This document shows positions 1 to 14,121 of a stretch of DNA of 64,000 bases, piece after piece (within the stretch, counting starts at the first letter, position 1; each line of letters opens with the position of its first letter). The notes beneath the pieces are model-generated. The model was not told where the DNA came from and searched no databases. It saw only the letters and a program-made list of their open reading frames with translations. The stretch spans positions 62,001 to 126,000 of the forward strand of contig JALMLS010000548.1 in the NCBI GenBank assembly GCA_038496445.1, in the 5' to 3' direction. The position numbers were made by a program, and so were the translations under genes. The stretch is from Trichosphaerium sp. ATCC 40318 (Eukaryota; Protista; Tubulinea).

Positions 1-3000
1 ATAAATTACTGGTATGTTTCACTTGCTGGTTAGGGATCAGAAGTCGTCTCACTCTTTTTGTGCAGGTTTAATGTTAAAAAAGAAGAACTAAATGAACATC
101 TGCATAAAATCTTGCCTTTGCTGAATGATTATCTTCGCCTTACTGACACAGAAACTGAATCAGCTGCTTTGGGACAAAAAGAGGATATGGAGAAAATTGA
201 GCAAAACAAAGCAGCGGAAGAAAAGAGTGAACAGTACGAAGTCAAAATCAAAATCTTGAAATTGTTGGCAAGATTTGGAGGAGATAACATTAACTTGATA
301 AAAGATGTCAACCTCTCTTCAGTGCGCTTTTACTTAACAACCTTCATCCTGGTTTACTGAATTTACCACTGTTACTGACGCGTGATTTCTATAGGATTCA
401 GATTCAGCTATGGCATGGGATACAGTCAAACGTGTTGCGTTTTACCTTCCATTCCAAAACTTAAAACCAAAGTTGATGCTTGACGAAATGTTACCTCGTA
501 TTACTGAGCTTGCAGAGGTACATTCCACTTATTATACCACTCATTGCTCATTATTCCTTGTAGAACTCTAGCGACAGACAGACAAAGGTTGCTGCGTGTG
601 AATTGCTCCATTCACTCATACTATTAATGCTTGGTAGCAACGCAAAACCTAAACCTGTACGACCTTAACTTTTTTACTTGTCTCTGTTTTTATAAAGTCG
701 TAGGATCCTTTGTTTAAGTTGTATGGGAAACTATTCCCTGCAGGTAATATTACCCATCTAAGTCAATACCAAGTTTCTCACATACTTGTAGTTATAAGAC
801 TCGCTTGCGATGCTGAGCAAGTGGCTAGACAACTTTTTGAAGCATTGACAATGCAACTCATTCATTGGTTTACTAAAAATATGAAATTTGAAAACCCTGA
901 CACAGTAGCATTACTAGACTCAATAATAGAAGTAAGTGTTGGCAGCAACTAAATGGAAAATATGTATGTTTGTTAACCTTTTCGTTCTAGGCTGTTGGTG
1001 ATTCATCTAGCTCTGGATTACGGGATTTCGCTGCTAAATGTCTTGCTGAGTTTTTGAGGTGGTCTATTAAACAGAGAACAAAAAAGGTACTGGCTGAGTT
1101 TTATGAAGTGTTGTTTTCATTGTTCTTTTTTTGTCTAACTCATGTGATTAGCAACAAAAAGATAATCCGTTTAATGCACTTTCTCTATTCAAGAGACTTT
1201 ATAGTCTTGCACAACATCCTAACCCTTACAAACGCCTCGGATGTGCCCTTACTTTCAAGGTACATTAATACCGTTACATGCAACAATAACTTATCGGTCT
1301 TTTTTAATGAAGCAACTTTATCGTGTTTTCCGAGAGGAGGAAGCCCTAGTTGACCAATTTGTATTGGAAATGGCTAGTATTATGCTTGTAAGTATGCGTC
1401 TTGCTGCAACAGATCCAGATTCTGTTGGTACAGAGAGATTAGTCGGTCAAGTCCTTGAACATCTTGGAAAGATATTAAAACACTACAGAAAAAAGTTACT
1501 AAAACCTAACCCAAAACGTCGCATGCACAAGAACCTAGTACGCTCTTTTTAATTTACTTTATCTAGCTTACGTCTGCTGTTTAGATAAAATTTGTGGATT
1601 GGCTGTTCAAGGAAGTAGGACGCCAAGAAGAGTGTGTTAGGAGGACGGCATTTTCTTTGTTCCTTACTCTTGTAACAGCTATTCCAGGCACGTGTTTTTC
1701 AATCATATCCAAATAATTTTGTTTACATTCGTACAGAGGTTTCAACGCCAGCAGATTGGCTAGAAAGGAAGGTAACATCAAAAGGAAGTGCTTGGTTAGT
1801 AAAAATCTTTGAAGAGGACCTCATTGTGCGTTACATGTTTCTCTTCGTTCGAAAACTGACTTGCTTTTAACAACAGCCGCTCGATCCCAACACTATGAAG
1901 TATAGTCTTGCTATTAAGTCTCATCAAAGAACAGCTGGTTGTATGGATGGGTATGTTTGGATTCTATCTCATAAGATGATCGATCCACGACGTATTTTCG
2001 GAAAAGCAGAGGTAGAGTCCACGTTTAAGTTTATTGTTTTACTTACGCTGTTTTTTATAAGGGTTCTTCAAAAGTTGTAATTTTAGCACGTGATTTCGTA
2101 GCCAAGCTCGCTTCAGTACCATCTTCTCATGATACATTCAATTCATGGACTTTAACAGAGGTGGCGGAGTATAATAGATATAAATGCCAAGTATGTAGAA
2201 CAAAGCAATTTGCCGAGCAAAAACTGCTTTTAAATCTCAATCTTTTTTTTTTGCTTTCACTTTTTTGTCTAATACAAGAACATAATTAGGTAGTTTCACG
2301 GATATTCAAGCTATTCATTATATTCGTTGAAAAGTATAACTATGCAGATAAGCTTGCACGTGCAAAAATATTTGATAAAAAGTTATACACGCTTCTTTTC
2401 ACGTGTATGTTGGCTCCGCAAGATATTGGATTCCAACATGATAACCAAGAAGAACTAAAAAAGTTAATGATGATTACAACAAAGCTATGCAAACTACTAT
2501 CTAAGAATCTAAGCGAAAATTATAAGAAGATTATGATAGATTCACTTCGTGTTGTTCTATCAAACCCAGAAAGAAATATTACAAATGTTCAGTTTGAGCA
2601 TCCTCATTTGAAGAAGAATAATGAAGAAACTCGTTGTCTAGTATTCGGATACATAGCTCTACATTCTGTAGGTATCCTCGTTGATGCTTTGAGTACGTTA
2701 TAAAATGTCAAAAGGGCTGAGCGAACTTACAATTTCTTTAGAGAACAAAAATGCTGGACAGATTTTGTCTCAACATTTGTTGAGTAATGTGTTTTCTTGT
2801 AGTGAGGCTTATGAGCCTATAGAAATGGTTCTAGGTGGACATGTATTACAACTAGCTATGGCACTTAATCCCTCAGTGCAGGGGCTTATTAAGTTGCTTC
2901 TTGACGACAATACATCTAAGCAAGGATCTCAATCATCTCAACAACCAAATGTTTCTCTTCCTTCTATCGACTTGGGCAGTATTGATCAGCATGGTGTACA

Positions 3001-6000
3001 ACAAGTTCCACAAAATTTTATAGCTGCATACGCTGTTAAGAAAATTACAAAAGGAGAGTTGTTCTACAACAACTTTCGCGACCAGGTAAGCCCATTAGTG
3101 CTGACACGCATAAGATATTTTTTGTGGTTTACTTCGATAGCAAATAGTTTTCTTTGATTCACCTTCTTCTAAACTTACCTTACAGATTGATCATCAAATT
3201 ATAATCAGGTTCCACCAATTTGCTCCAATCATACTGTCTATCGTCCATAAGAATCAGCTCATTTTTCACATACTTTTGAGTTTAATTGATAGACATTTTA
3301 AGAATCCAAACCTTCCCTCGAAACCGTTTGTTGCGCAAGTACGTACTTGTAATAATAAGTTGAACATAATTTTACTTAATCCATGAATAGATGCTCAAAC
3401 ATTTCAGTAAAATATCAGCATGGATAAAGCCAGAAAGTACAGAAGAGCAAAAAAACAACATTTTGGAATTGACATATAAATTATTGAAACTCGATAAGAT
3501 CTCTTTCCTCTCCAGTGGGTTTCAGTTCATAACACAATTGATAAAGAATTTCTTGGCAAGAGGTAACGTTTACTTACATTTACACATACATTCTATTTAC
3601 ATGCTTAACTCTTAGACCTTGCCTTGTCCTTCAAATCAAACGTTTTGAATATTTTACCTTTTGTTCTTGTAAAAGGCAAGAAGCTTGATACTGTGCAAAA
3701 GTCTCTCAAGAATATGTTACTATACGACTTCCCTATGCAGTCAACAGAGTTACCAAAGGATTCCCCACTGTACTGTCGAACTATTTTAGATTTTTTATGA
3801 CCAACATTGGACTTACTCAATTTTTCCTTTTAGTTATGGTGATTATATCAGTTGCGTTGAGAAGCTCTTTTTGGCGCTTGTAGGGACAGGAAACTTGATA
3901 CTACTTGATATCATTTTACCTATTTTACGCGAACAAAATCACGTGATTCAAAAGAGTATTGACCATTACTTGACACTGTTTGTTAAAGCTGTTTCTGACG
4001 ATAATGCGAAAGATGCCTTTGATCTTTGTTTTGAGTACGTATTTCATTTTGTTTGAAAGCAAAAAACCTTCAGACTCTGTTCATAACATCGCCGTTTATT
4101 AGGTCTGCAATGGACGAGCAGTTGAGCGAAGAACTGCGTATTTCTCTTGTTTGTAAGCTATGTCTTCCGTTGATCCATAAAGTTAGTACAGTTAATGCGT
4201 TAGCTTTATTCAAACAGGTATTGTGATATTTGTTCAGGAAACAAAACATAACGTTGCGTGACACTTTATGTAGCATACAAAGACAATTATGTCCAAAATC
4301 GCTGGATTACTACCTACCGCATCACAGGATGACACAGTAATGTTAGACATGCTTTCAAAGACTGAGATTACAGATAGAATAGTGGCGTTCAACTTGTTGG
4401 AGGTGAGCACTTTTTCTTGTTTAACCTTTAAGCCAGTCACTTATGCGAACCAACACTAGGCTATGTTTCAAACACTACCAGCTGCATTAATTCGATCTAA
4501 ACTCAACCCTCTGTATTGTGAAAAAGCGAACCCTCAAGGTACTGAACTTACTCGTGCTGCGATGAGAGCAGCATATAGCGCAAGAGCGGACTCAGCTGTA
4601 CGTTGATGACTTCTGCCTTAATGATACTCACGTTTTGCTTTAATGCAGGAGCACATGAACTTGCCTAAAAAGTTTTTATTGGATTATCATCGTACTGCTT
4701 ATAATACACTTGCTGCTATTGTTATTGCTACACAGACAAAGGAGAAATTCTTTACTGTTTTTTGCTTCTCCGAAAACTATTCAAAGGATCCTGAGGAGAT
4801 TCTTTGGGACAATATTGTTGACTTGGAGGTAAAGTTTTGTTTTTTCACTTGCCACGTGTTTTTTTTGTTTGCACGAACGATTCTCGCTTTTTTCTTTCGT
4901 TTTTTGAAGAAACTGGATCGTAATATGTTGTTCTCACTCTGTTTTACATAACTCTCAACAAGTTTGATTCGAACGTTTGTTTTTTGTTAATCCCATTTTT
5001 AGGTGAGACACGATTTTGAAGTTGAAACCAATTTCCCTGTTGCTTCACAAAAAGTAGCATCGTTATTCTCTAGATCAAAGACAAAAGAAGATAAGGAAAT
5101 CAATACAGCGTATGGAGTAGTTTTTTTTAGTGATTGTTATAGTTGTTGATGTAAATACCTTTTAGAAAAGAATCTGATTGGCGATATATTTCTTCTCAGT
5201 ATCTTGCTGATAGTAGTCTTTCTCAAGCTGTTGAGAATAGCGCTTTCTTTGGATCTTCACAATCTCGAAAGAGCCTTGAAGATAGTAAAGACAAGGTAGA
5301 CGCCAGTAATATGGCTGTAGCTGCACCAAAGAAGAAGGATGAAGCGAAAAAACCTGAAGAACAAGTTGTTGATAGCGAGATTGAACTTGACAGTTTCAAT
5401 CTTAATCCTAGCATGTTCACAGTCCTTAATCTTATTGACCATCTACAAAAGAAGTTTGGTAGCACATATACTGACGATAAAATGCCAGAATGGATGGGAA
5501 AAATGCATACAAAACTGACTGACAGAGGAACACATCTAAACATAAAGTTATTCTTGGCAAAGATAGTAACTAACAGACCGGAAGTATTCATGCGTTATGC
5601 ATCAGAATGGTTTGTAGTTTATTTCGATTTGGTCCGAATACTCACTTGTACCACGTGATTTTAGGTTCAAACCATTGGTGGAGTTGATTATGCACAACAA
5701 AACAGGAAGTAGCGGCTTTAATTATTTCAATCGTGATATTTGTATTCTGTTTCTTAAGTACCTTATTCTTTTATCTTTATTACAAAGTCGTAGATTTAAC
5801 ACATGTAAGGTGGGATACATACAAACCAAAGCGGCCTGACACAAAGACACAAGCTTCGAAGTTTTTGGCAAGTCAAGGATTCGTTTAAATTTTTTCGTAT
5901 TCTCGTCAATCTTTTGCATCTCTTATACTTTTCTAGGAGTACTTGATGACTCACGCAATATTCCCAAGCCCTAGGATCGTTAGATCTAATTTACAGATTA

Positions 6001-9000
6001 TAAAGCTATTAGTTGAGCGATGGAAAGGTGCTCTTAAATTATCACGTGTGCGTCAATAAACACCAAATCGTGCATTGCTTGCGTAAACTTAATCTTTTTC
6101 TAAAGGTTGTGATTTTCGAATACATAAGCAGAGAGCTTGACAAGAAGCGCGGTAAGCTGTTCCGTTTAACTGGACTCCAACTCCTTGGCATGTTGCTCAC
6201 AAATGGGTTTGGGCTATACGATGTTGATGTGCGTAAATACGTATTAAAGTAGATAGCTTACTTATTCAGATGTACTACGGAATCTCAGAAGCAAAATTTT
6301 ACGACAAGCTTTTGAGCAATCTTCACTCCAAGAGAGTTTGTAGCTCGGCTGCAGAAGTACTCGGTCTTGCTCTTAAAAAGGATAGCGATGATATGATAAA
6401 TGATGAGTCCCATTTAGAGCAGTTGTTGAAAGACAAGGTGAGCCATAAAAAACCGCTTTGAATTTAAGTCACCAAAAATTAAGTGTCGCTTACTTTGTCT
6501 ATAGATAACGGGCTTGTTCCAACAAGCTAGATTTGAAGAAGCTATTCAGAGTCTAACAGCTATTTCTAAATATGTTCCTACATTCTTGGACCATTTCTTT
6601 CTTTACCTCTTCAACAACTTGAAAAAGTTCCGAGATAAACAGAGCGCATTGGCTTTAATTGAGCTTCGTGTTGATCAAATAGAAGATGGTTTCAAGAGCT
6701 TACATCCATTTTTACATGACCTTATTAGACAAAGGTACGTATTATTTTCACATGTGCTTGCACGTGATCATGCATTTTAAAGGCTAAATGATAATTAGGG
6801 ATGAACAAAACCAAACAATTACTTTACGTATCATACGTAAGCTTCTACCTACTATAAGTTTGGAAGATGCTAGCAACGCATTTTTGGATGACATTGTAGA
6901 GATTTTTGTCAACCATCCAAGTATTGAGTGTCGTGTATCCTGTCCTAAACAATCGTTTTTTTTGTTTCTCTCTTTTTTTTCTTTTAACTCTCAAAGGAAA
7001 TCTACTACGATATCCTAATATGGCTCTACAAGAAGAACCAATCGCTTCAAGATAATCAATTATTCAAGTTGAGTCTACTTCGTGGACTATCAGATGATGA
7101 GAAATCTATACGCGATAAGGTTCTTTCATTTTGGGACAACCAAGCTGGTATCTCCGATGATCCACAAAAACGTCTTTCCCAACTCATGACGGAATTGTAC
7201 GATCCAGGTACATACTATTGCTACAAAAATTGAGTTACGACTAACTTTGTTGTGCGTTATAGAGCTGGACGACCATTGGTTGGAATACACAAGTTCTTTG
7301 ATACTTGCATTGACATCTAGATCTATTGATTATGAGCGTGTAATCTTTGAGCATGCTCTCACTGACTGTCAATTCACGTGCGCTTGCCTTTAGTTTGATT
7401 TTATGTTAATGTTTTTGTTTTATAGAGAGTATCATATTGATACATCGTGGCAAGCCAAACAAGCACCAATGACTCCTTTGTTTTCGCCGTCCTCTCAGGA
7501 TTTTGATGTACAGTGCTTCGATATGAAATAGTATTCTTACGGTTTTAGGCGTTTTATTCACAAGACGGGGATTCTATGTCTCTGTCTTCATCTCAATCCG
7601 ATGAACTGGGTCCTGGTGGTTTGCGTATGACGCAAAACAATAATAAGTTCAGTCAGACACAAAGCACATTTGGTCAACCTATGAGTACAACATTTTTGAT
7701 TTTTCGATATTTTTTCAATCATTAATGTTTATTCACACTAGCTAATATGACGTTGACCCAATTTGGTGGATCGAGATACATAAATCTCATGCCTTCTTCG
7801 TCATCGCAGTCATCTGGCTTTAAAAAACCAATGGGACCACCAGGGCTTCCAAAAAAGAATGGCCCTAAGTCAAACAAGATGACGAATAACTCGAACTCTG
7901 GTAGCTCCTCTCAAAGTCAAGATTTTGCATCTGAGCGTCTTGTACGATTAGAAAGACGTTTTGAGAAGTCTCCAGCAGGTATGAGCGTTGTATATTTGGT
8001 ACTGTGTTCCTTATTTTTATCAAAAAGGACAATCAAGGTTTTTCTTCCGCCAGCAACATTTACAAAAAGAGAAAAGACGTTTGGCAGGACTTAAACGACA
8101 ACGACAAACGCGTCGTCACAAGGTTACAATATTTAGACAATACAGGTACTACTTTATTGTCTTCATATGTGGTCATCACTTAACACATTTAAAGGCAAGG
8201 AGAACTCCCTGATATTCAGTTAAAACCAAACGAAATTATTCTACCAATGAAAGCTTTAGCTACCAAAGACTCTAATTTAGCTCGGCTTTTACTGTCTCAA
8301 TTGATAATTCTTCTGTTTAATGGTAAGCCTTTTGTAGTTGTCTTAAGTAATTTCTCCTTAGAAGAGACACCTGATAGTATCATCAGTATGCTTGAAAGAT
8401 CGGCTAGAACTTCTGCACCTTTTGTAAACTGTTTACTGCGTGCTTGCTTCTCCATGAGTGATGTTACTATCCCACCAAAACTCGTAGGTGACGCTTGTTT
8501 ATCGTCAGATAATGCACATATTGGTATAACATTGTTGGAGAAACAAATTCTAGAAGAAGGCTTGAAAGGTAAGTGATAAGAGTTTTTGCAATCTTTTTTG
8601 TTAACTGGTCTTTTTTTTTTCGTAGAAAACAAAGATACACAGTTAACGAATGACTCATGGCTTCAGCTATCAAGACTCAATAAAGATCTTGGTAATGATG
8701 ACGTATTGTTGGGTATATTCGAGAAACACATTTGTAAGAATTACCTCACTAGTAAAGCACTAGAGTGCGAACTCAGAGGGTACAAAACATATTGTTGTTT
8801 GTATTTCCTTATTTTTCGCATGTAGATCGTACTCTGAAGCGCTACGCATTTATAGCGCCGCTATTGAGAAACTATGGGATCAAAGCACTGAATGGAAGGG
8901 TAGTAGACCAACACAGCGAGAACAGGACTTGTGGGAAGTGCGTAACCTTGTACCTAAGGTTAAACATAATGCTAATTTGTTTCTTCACTTCTAGAATGGT

Positions 9001-12000
9001 AAACTGGAATGTTTGTTTAAATTGACGCATTGGGAAACACTCTCGAAGACTGTTGATGCGGAAGTATCAGATCAAATGGATAATCTATGGGACGAATCAT
9101 ACCAAGTACTGCCTTTTGATCAAGACGTGATCTAACTTGAGTTTTTTTTAATCTAGTTTCCGTACTTGGATTACTTTATCAAGAGTAACATAAAACTGAA
9201 AGAGTGTTGGCCTGAGCTTTGGGATTTTATAGATACATCTGTGGTTAATCCTGATCGTAAAGATTATCTTGAAACCCTGTACATACCAGGTACACAGCAT
9301 CAAAGAACAAGCCAAAAAAACACTATCATGTCATTGTTCAATTTACTTATATCTTTCATAGAATTGGCATACATGAGTGTTGCCAGAGATGACATTACTA
9401 AAGCAAAACACTACATTAGTACGCTTGTTTGCTTTGGAAATTAATGCTTACCACCTGTTTTAAGGCCTCTTTTATCGACAATTTCTCAAAGAATGGAACT
9501 CTTTACCTACATATGCTATTGCTGCAAGACACCGTAAACTTCAGACACTTCAACGTGTCTTTGAAATTGATGAGGTGTTCAAATTTATGGGCTACTACAA
9601 AAACTTTGAGTCCATAGATAAGTTTAAAAACCTAATTAAAAAATGGTATGGGTTTGGCCAGTCACACCGAACAAGTCTTACAGTCATGATTGATTCAATA
9701 ACTTAATTCATTTGTTAAGGGAAAACCGTTATCCATCAGTAGATTTTGATAGTGTAAATGTATGGGATGATATTGTAGTTCAACGTATAACACTTCTTGA
9801 CAAACTCAAGAAACGGTATGTTTCATACCACGAACATGACATGGTAGTAGATGGCGAAGAGGTACAGCATATTACGATTTTTTTTGGCATCTTGAATCAC
9901 ACTCGTTCAAGGATAAGGACCCATTTGATATTATGGGTATGAAGCACGAGTTTATGAATGCGCATTCTCGTATTTATCGCCGTATGGCTACTGGTGCAAC
10001 TACACAACTCAACTTTATCGTACGTTAATTAACTACGATTTTTCTTTGTTGTTTTTGTAAAGCTAATGAGTAAATAATAGGTTGCTGAGAAATACTTGAA
10101 ACTGGCGCTTAAGACACAAAGCTTAATGAACGTTAAATTCAACTTTGAGTTTTTCCACTCTATTGTAAGCCTTCATTGCTTAAAGGCAAAACGCACATCA
10201 CATGTAAGTTTGTTTCACTACCTTTAGGATTTGTGTTTTAACATTATGCCTTTGTCTGCTTATTAACCGTGAAAAAAAATAGGAAAGTGTTGCGATTCAA
10301 AAGTATACAAAAGCATTAAAGTACATGGAAGATAAACGCGATGAAGAACAAATAGTAAATAATCCAGAGAATCAGCAACAATTCTTGCTTTTACAGGTTC
10401 GCTTTTAATTAAAGAATTGATCTTCTGCTCTGTTTTTGTGCTCCATAAAAATAACACGTGTTGATTCTCATGTGAAATTTACAGGGAGATATATTCAACG
10501 ACTTGAGGCATATTGCTAGAACAAATCCTGATGGTTTAACAAATTCGTTTAACGAGAATGATCTAGACTTTTTAAGAGGTCAACAAAGCCCAGGAGGTAC
10601 CATGAAATACTAGCGCTACATTTAGCTAACTCTATAACATCAGATAAACTTTTGTCAAAGGCGTATTCTTGCTATGACAAGGCTATTAAGCATTACGGAG
10701 TTGGAGCTCAAGATGTACTTTTTTTGTTGCTTGTATTGTACCTATTAACTTTTTAACTTAGGATGCTAGTGCTAAAGCACAGCTAAAGTTCGGTTTATTC
10801 TGTAATAGTGTTCTAAAGTATGCAGAACAAACAGGAAAGAATCTTAAATCAAAGACAACTTTTGAGAAAAAAGTAGTAAAGCTCATCTTGACAGCAATGC
10901 GTGCAGGAAACGTTACTGCTAGAGGTACGAGAGGAATCACTAGTAGTAAAGCGTATGACTAATATTAAATCTACTACAGATCATTTCCCACGGTTATTAC
11001 AGCTCATTGCTAACCATGATGATGTCGGACAAGTGTTCAATGAAGAAATAGAGAATGTTCCAAGATGGATGTTTTTGGGTTGGTTATCTCAAATGATGGC
11101 GCTTCTGTCACAACCAGAAGTATGTTTTCTTTTCTATCATTGTGTTATTATTTATTAACTAATATACCTATTAGGCTGTATACTTGATGCCTCTGCTTAA
11201 GGATATTGCTAGAATGTACCCTCAAGGTATATACTTCCCATTCAAAATATCCTCCGAAAACCTGCAATGGAATGTACAAAGATCAGCTCCTATCAGAGAA
11301 TTGAGTGCCATACTCAAGAATGATCTTTTGGATATGTTTGTTTCAGGTCTGGGTAAATTAACGCATCCAGAACATCGCTTCAAAGATTGGTTGGATGAAT
11401 TGAAGGTAAGTAACAAGTGTTACCGCTAATTCTTATATTCTCTTTTAGTCTCTTTTCGGTTCTTCAAAAACGAAGATGGTTCAAACGTGGAAGCTCGCGT
11501 ATGCTGGTATGTTTTTCCTTGCGTTTGTTTTTTTGGCCAGATCACGTGATATGTTTCAAGTTTTAATGTGTTGGTTTGTAGATTGCTTTGATGATAAAGA
11601 TCACAACTCTGGATCATATAATCTGGCTTTTGCTAAGAAATATGGTCCTAAAGTAAGCGCAAGTTTTGGTGGAGCAAGTACGTATTGTTTCTCAGTTTTT
11701 TCTTCCTTTTTATGTGCTACGCCATTGCTTCAATTAAACTCATAATAATCTATTATTAGATGGTTCGAAACTGCTTAAGATGAATGCAGCGCAGTTCACT
11801 AATGCTTGTCAAATTTATAATGATATGAGAAAAAATATGGGTCCAAGCAAAACATCAAAGCAAAGACTTACACAATTCTCAATGTGGCTTAAGTATTTTG
11901 ACAGCTCAAACTATCAAGATGATATAGAGTTACCAGGACAATACAGTGGTAGTAAAGAACCAAACATAAACCGCCACATCAAGATTTCTAGGTACATAAA

Positions 12001-13951
12001 AAAACCTCTAAAATGAGGGTTTTTTCACTTGACTGCTTCTTACTATTGGCTTGTAGTTTCGATGAGAGCCTACTTGTTATGGGTTCTATGAGAAGACCAA
12101 AAAGGCTTAAAATGCGTGGTAACGATGAGAAGGATTATCCGTACCTTATAAAGGGTGGTGAAGATCTTCGACTTGATCAGCGTGTTGAACAGTTATTCGG
12201 CGTTATGAACCAAATATTTAAGAAAACACCGGCTACATCAAAGCGTAAACTGCGTATTCATACATACCAGGTACTGATTTGGATATTCCCTTTTGGATAA
12301 TAATTCTGTTGAATCTCACAATACACGTGTTTAAGGTAATACCAATGACAAACAAAGTTGGTATCATTGAGTGGCTTAACAATACAAAACCACTTAAAGC
12401 AATCGTTGAAGAAGAATTAGAAAAACGTGGTGGTAAAGGAGCTCATATTTTAAAGTTACCTGCTGCTAAGATGCATGATCAATGGCTTAAGCAGTATGAA
12501 AAGAGGGCAAAACAGAAAGGTAAGTTTTTTGGTTCTTATTTCTTTCCCGTTTTTGTTCGAAAGATTTATGTTTCGTTAGTTACCTCTGTATCTGAATATT
12601 ACTATCTCATGTTCAAAAGCGCTACCAGAAAGGTAAGTATAAATAGCACACTACTAAATAAACACATATTTAATTTGTTTGTAGGAAACAATGTACAAGA
12701 TGAACAAACAATACGAGTCTGTTCCTTGGGATATTTTGCGTGCTGGTGTTTTATCACTTAGTCGCTCTCCTGAGGCATACCTTCAAATCCGAGAACACTT
12801 TGCTCGCACATTAGCTGTATTCAGCATAGGTTCTTATATTATTGGTACGGCTACATAGTACAATATAAACAACGATGAACTAATTATTTTTAAAGGTATT
12901 GGTGACAGACATCTTGATAACTTCTTATTGGACTTATCTAAGTACGTGTAACGCAATTGATAAAATAGAATTAATTTGTACTTGTTAAAATCTTATTTTT
13001 GCGTTTTTAGTGGTGGCGTAATTGGTATTGATTTCGGACATGCATTCGGTAGTGCAACACAGTTTTTGCCTATTCCAGAATTGATTCCATTCCGTTTAAC
13101 AATGCAGCTTCAAAATTTCCTAAAACCTCTTGATTCTCAAGGTCTTCTTAAGCACGATATGGTCCATGCACTATCAGGTACTTCAACCAGATCATTTTTT
13201 TGCTACATCGCCAATCATGTCTTTCTTTAACTTGTATCCAACTTGTTCGTTTACAGCTTTCTCCGTTCCAACTCAATGTTCCTTGAATAGTTTTTTCCGA
13301 ATTTGTTTTATAACTATGGAGGAGTGTTATCATATTGTTGTTTGGTTATTAACCTATCTGTTTTTTGTAGCATTACAAGGTGGTAAAGAAATTCTTCTTG
13401 GAACTATGGATGTCTTTATCAAAGAACCCTTACTTGATTGGGAAAAACTTGCCAGAAAGCTAGCTGCTGCTCAAGGCAGTAGAGGTATGAGTATAACCAA
13501 AACAGCCAATCAAAAGATTAAACCTGTATGTTTTATTAAACCAATTTGTAGGAAAACAAGAAAAGACTTGGTTCCCAAAGAAAAAGATACAAATCGCTAG
13601 AAGAAAGTTAGAATGTTATAATCCAGCTTTTGTTACTATGGCTGAATTGAAAGATTCTGTTCACCAGAAGCGTAGTTATTTGAACAATGTACTTAATATT
13701 GTATATGGAGATAAAAAGCACAACATAAGGTACAAAACGTCAAAGAAAATCATCAACGTGCACAGAAAAAGACTTGTTTTCTCCGCATTTTTTTCTGCCA
13801 AAAAAAAGGATTCATTTAACTCTTTGGGTTTAGGGCACAAACTGGAGAGATTTGTCCTTCTGTAAAGCGTCAAGTAGATTGTCTAGTAGATCAAGCAACG
13901 GATGATAATATTCTTGGAAGAACGTGGGGAGGTTGGGCCAGTTGGATATAA
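1..13951 (+). CDS. PRKDC: DNA-dependent protein kinase catalytic subunit (PIKK family); multi-exon, 5' end outside the window
   Basis: Exons encode [30 protein letters not shown], kinase motifs [30 protein letters not shown] and [25 protein letters not shown], and the FATC end [22 protein letters not shown] (TAA 13949-13951). All closely resemble DNA-PKcs. Confidence 0.97.
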
Positions 13952-14121
13952 AAAAAAGAATCCAAAAAATGTAAATAAAAAACTTATCCTACACTCTATC
14001 TATATCCTTGATTACAAAATAGTATCTTGTATAAAGAGGCCTTGTAAAATAAATTGACAAATTGCAAACCATTTATGCAACTGATTTGCTTCCAAGAGAA
14101 GAAAGAGGAGCAGAATTTTAT

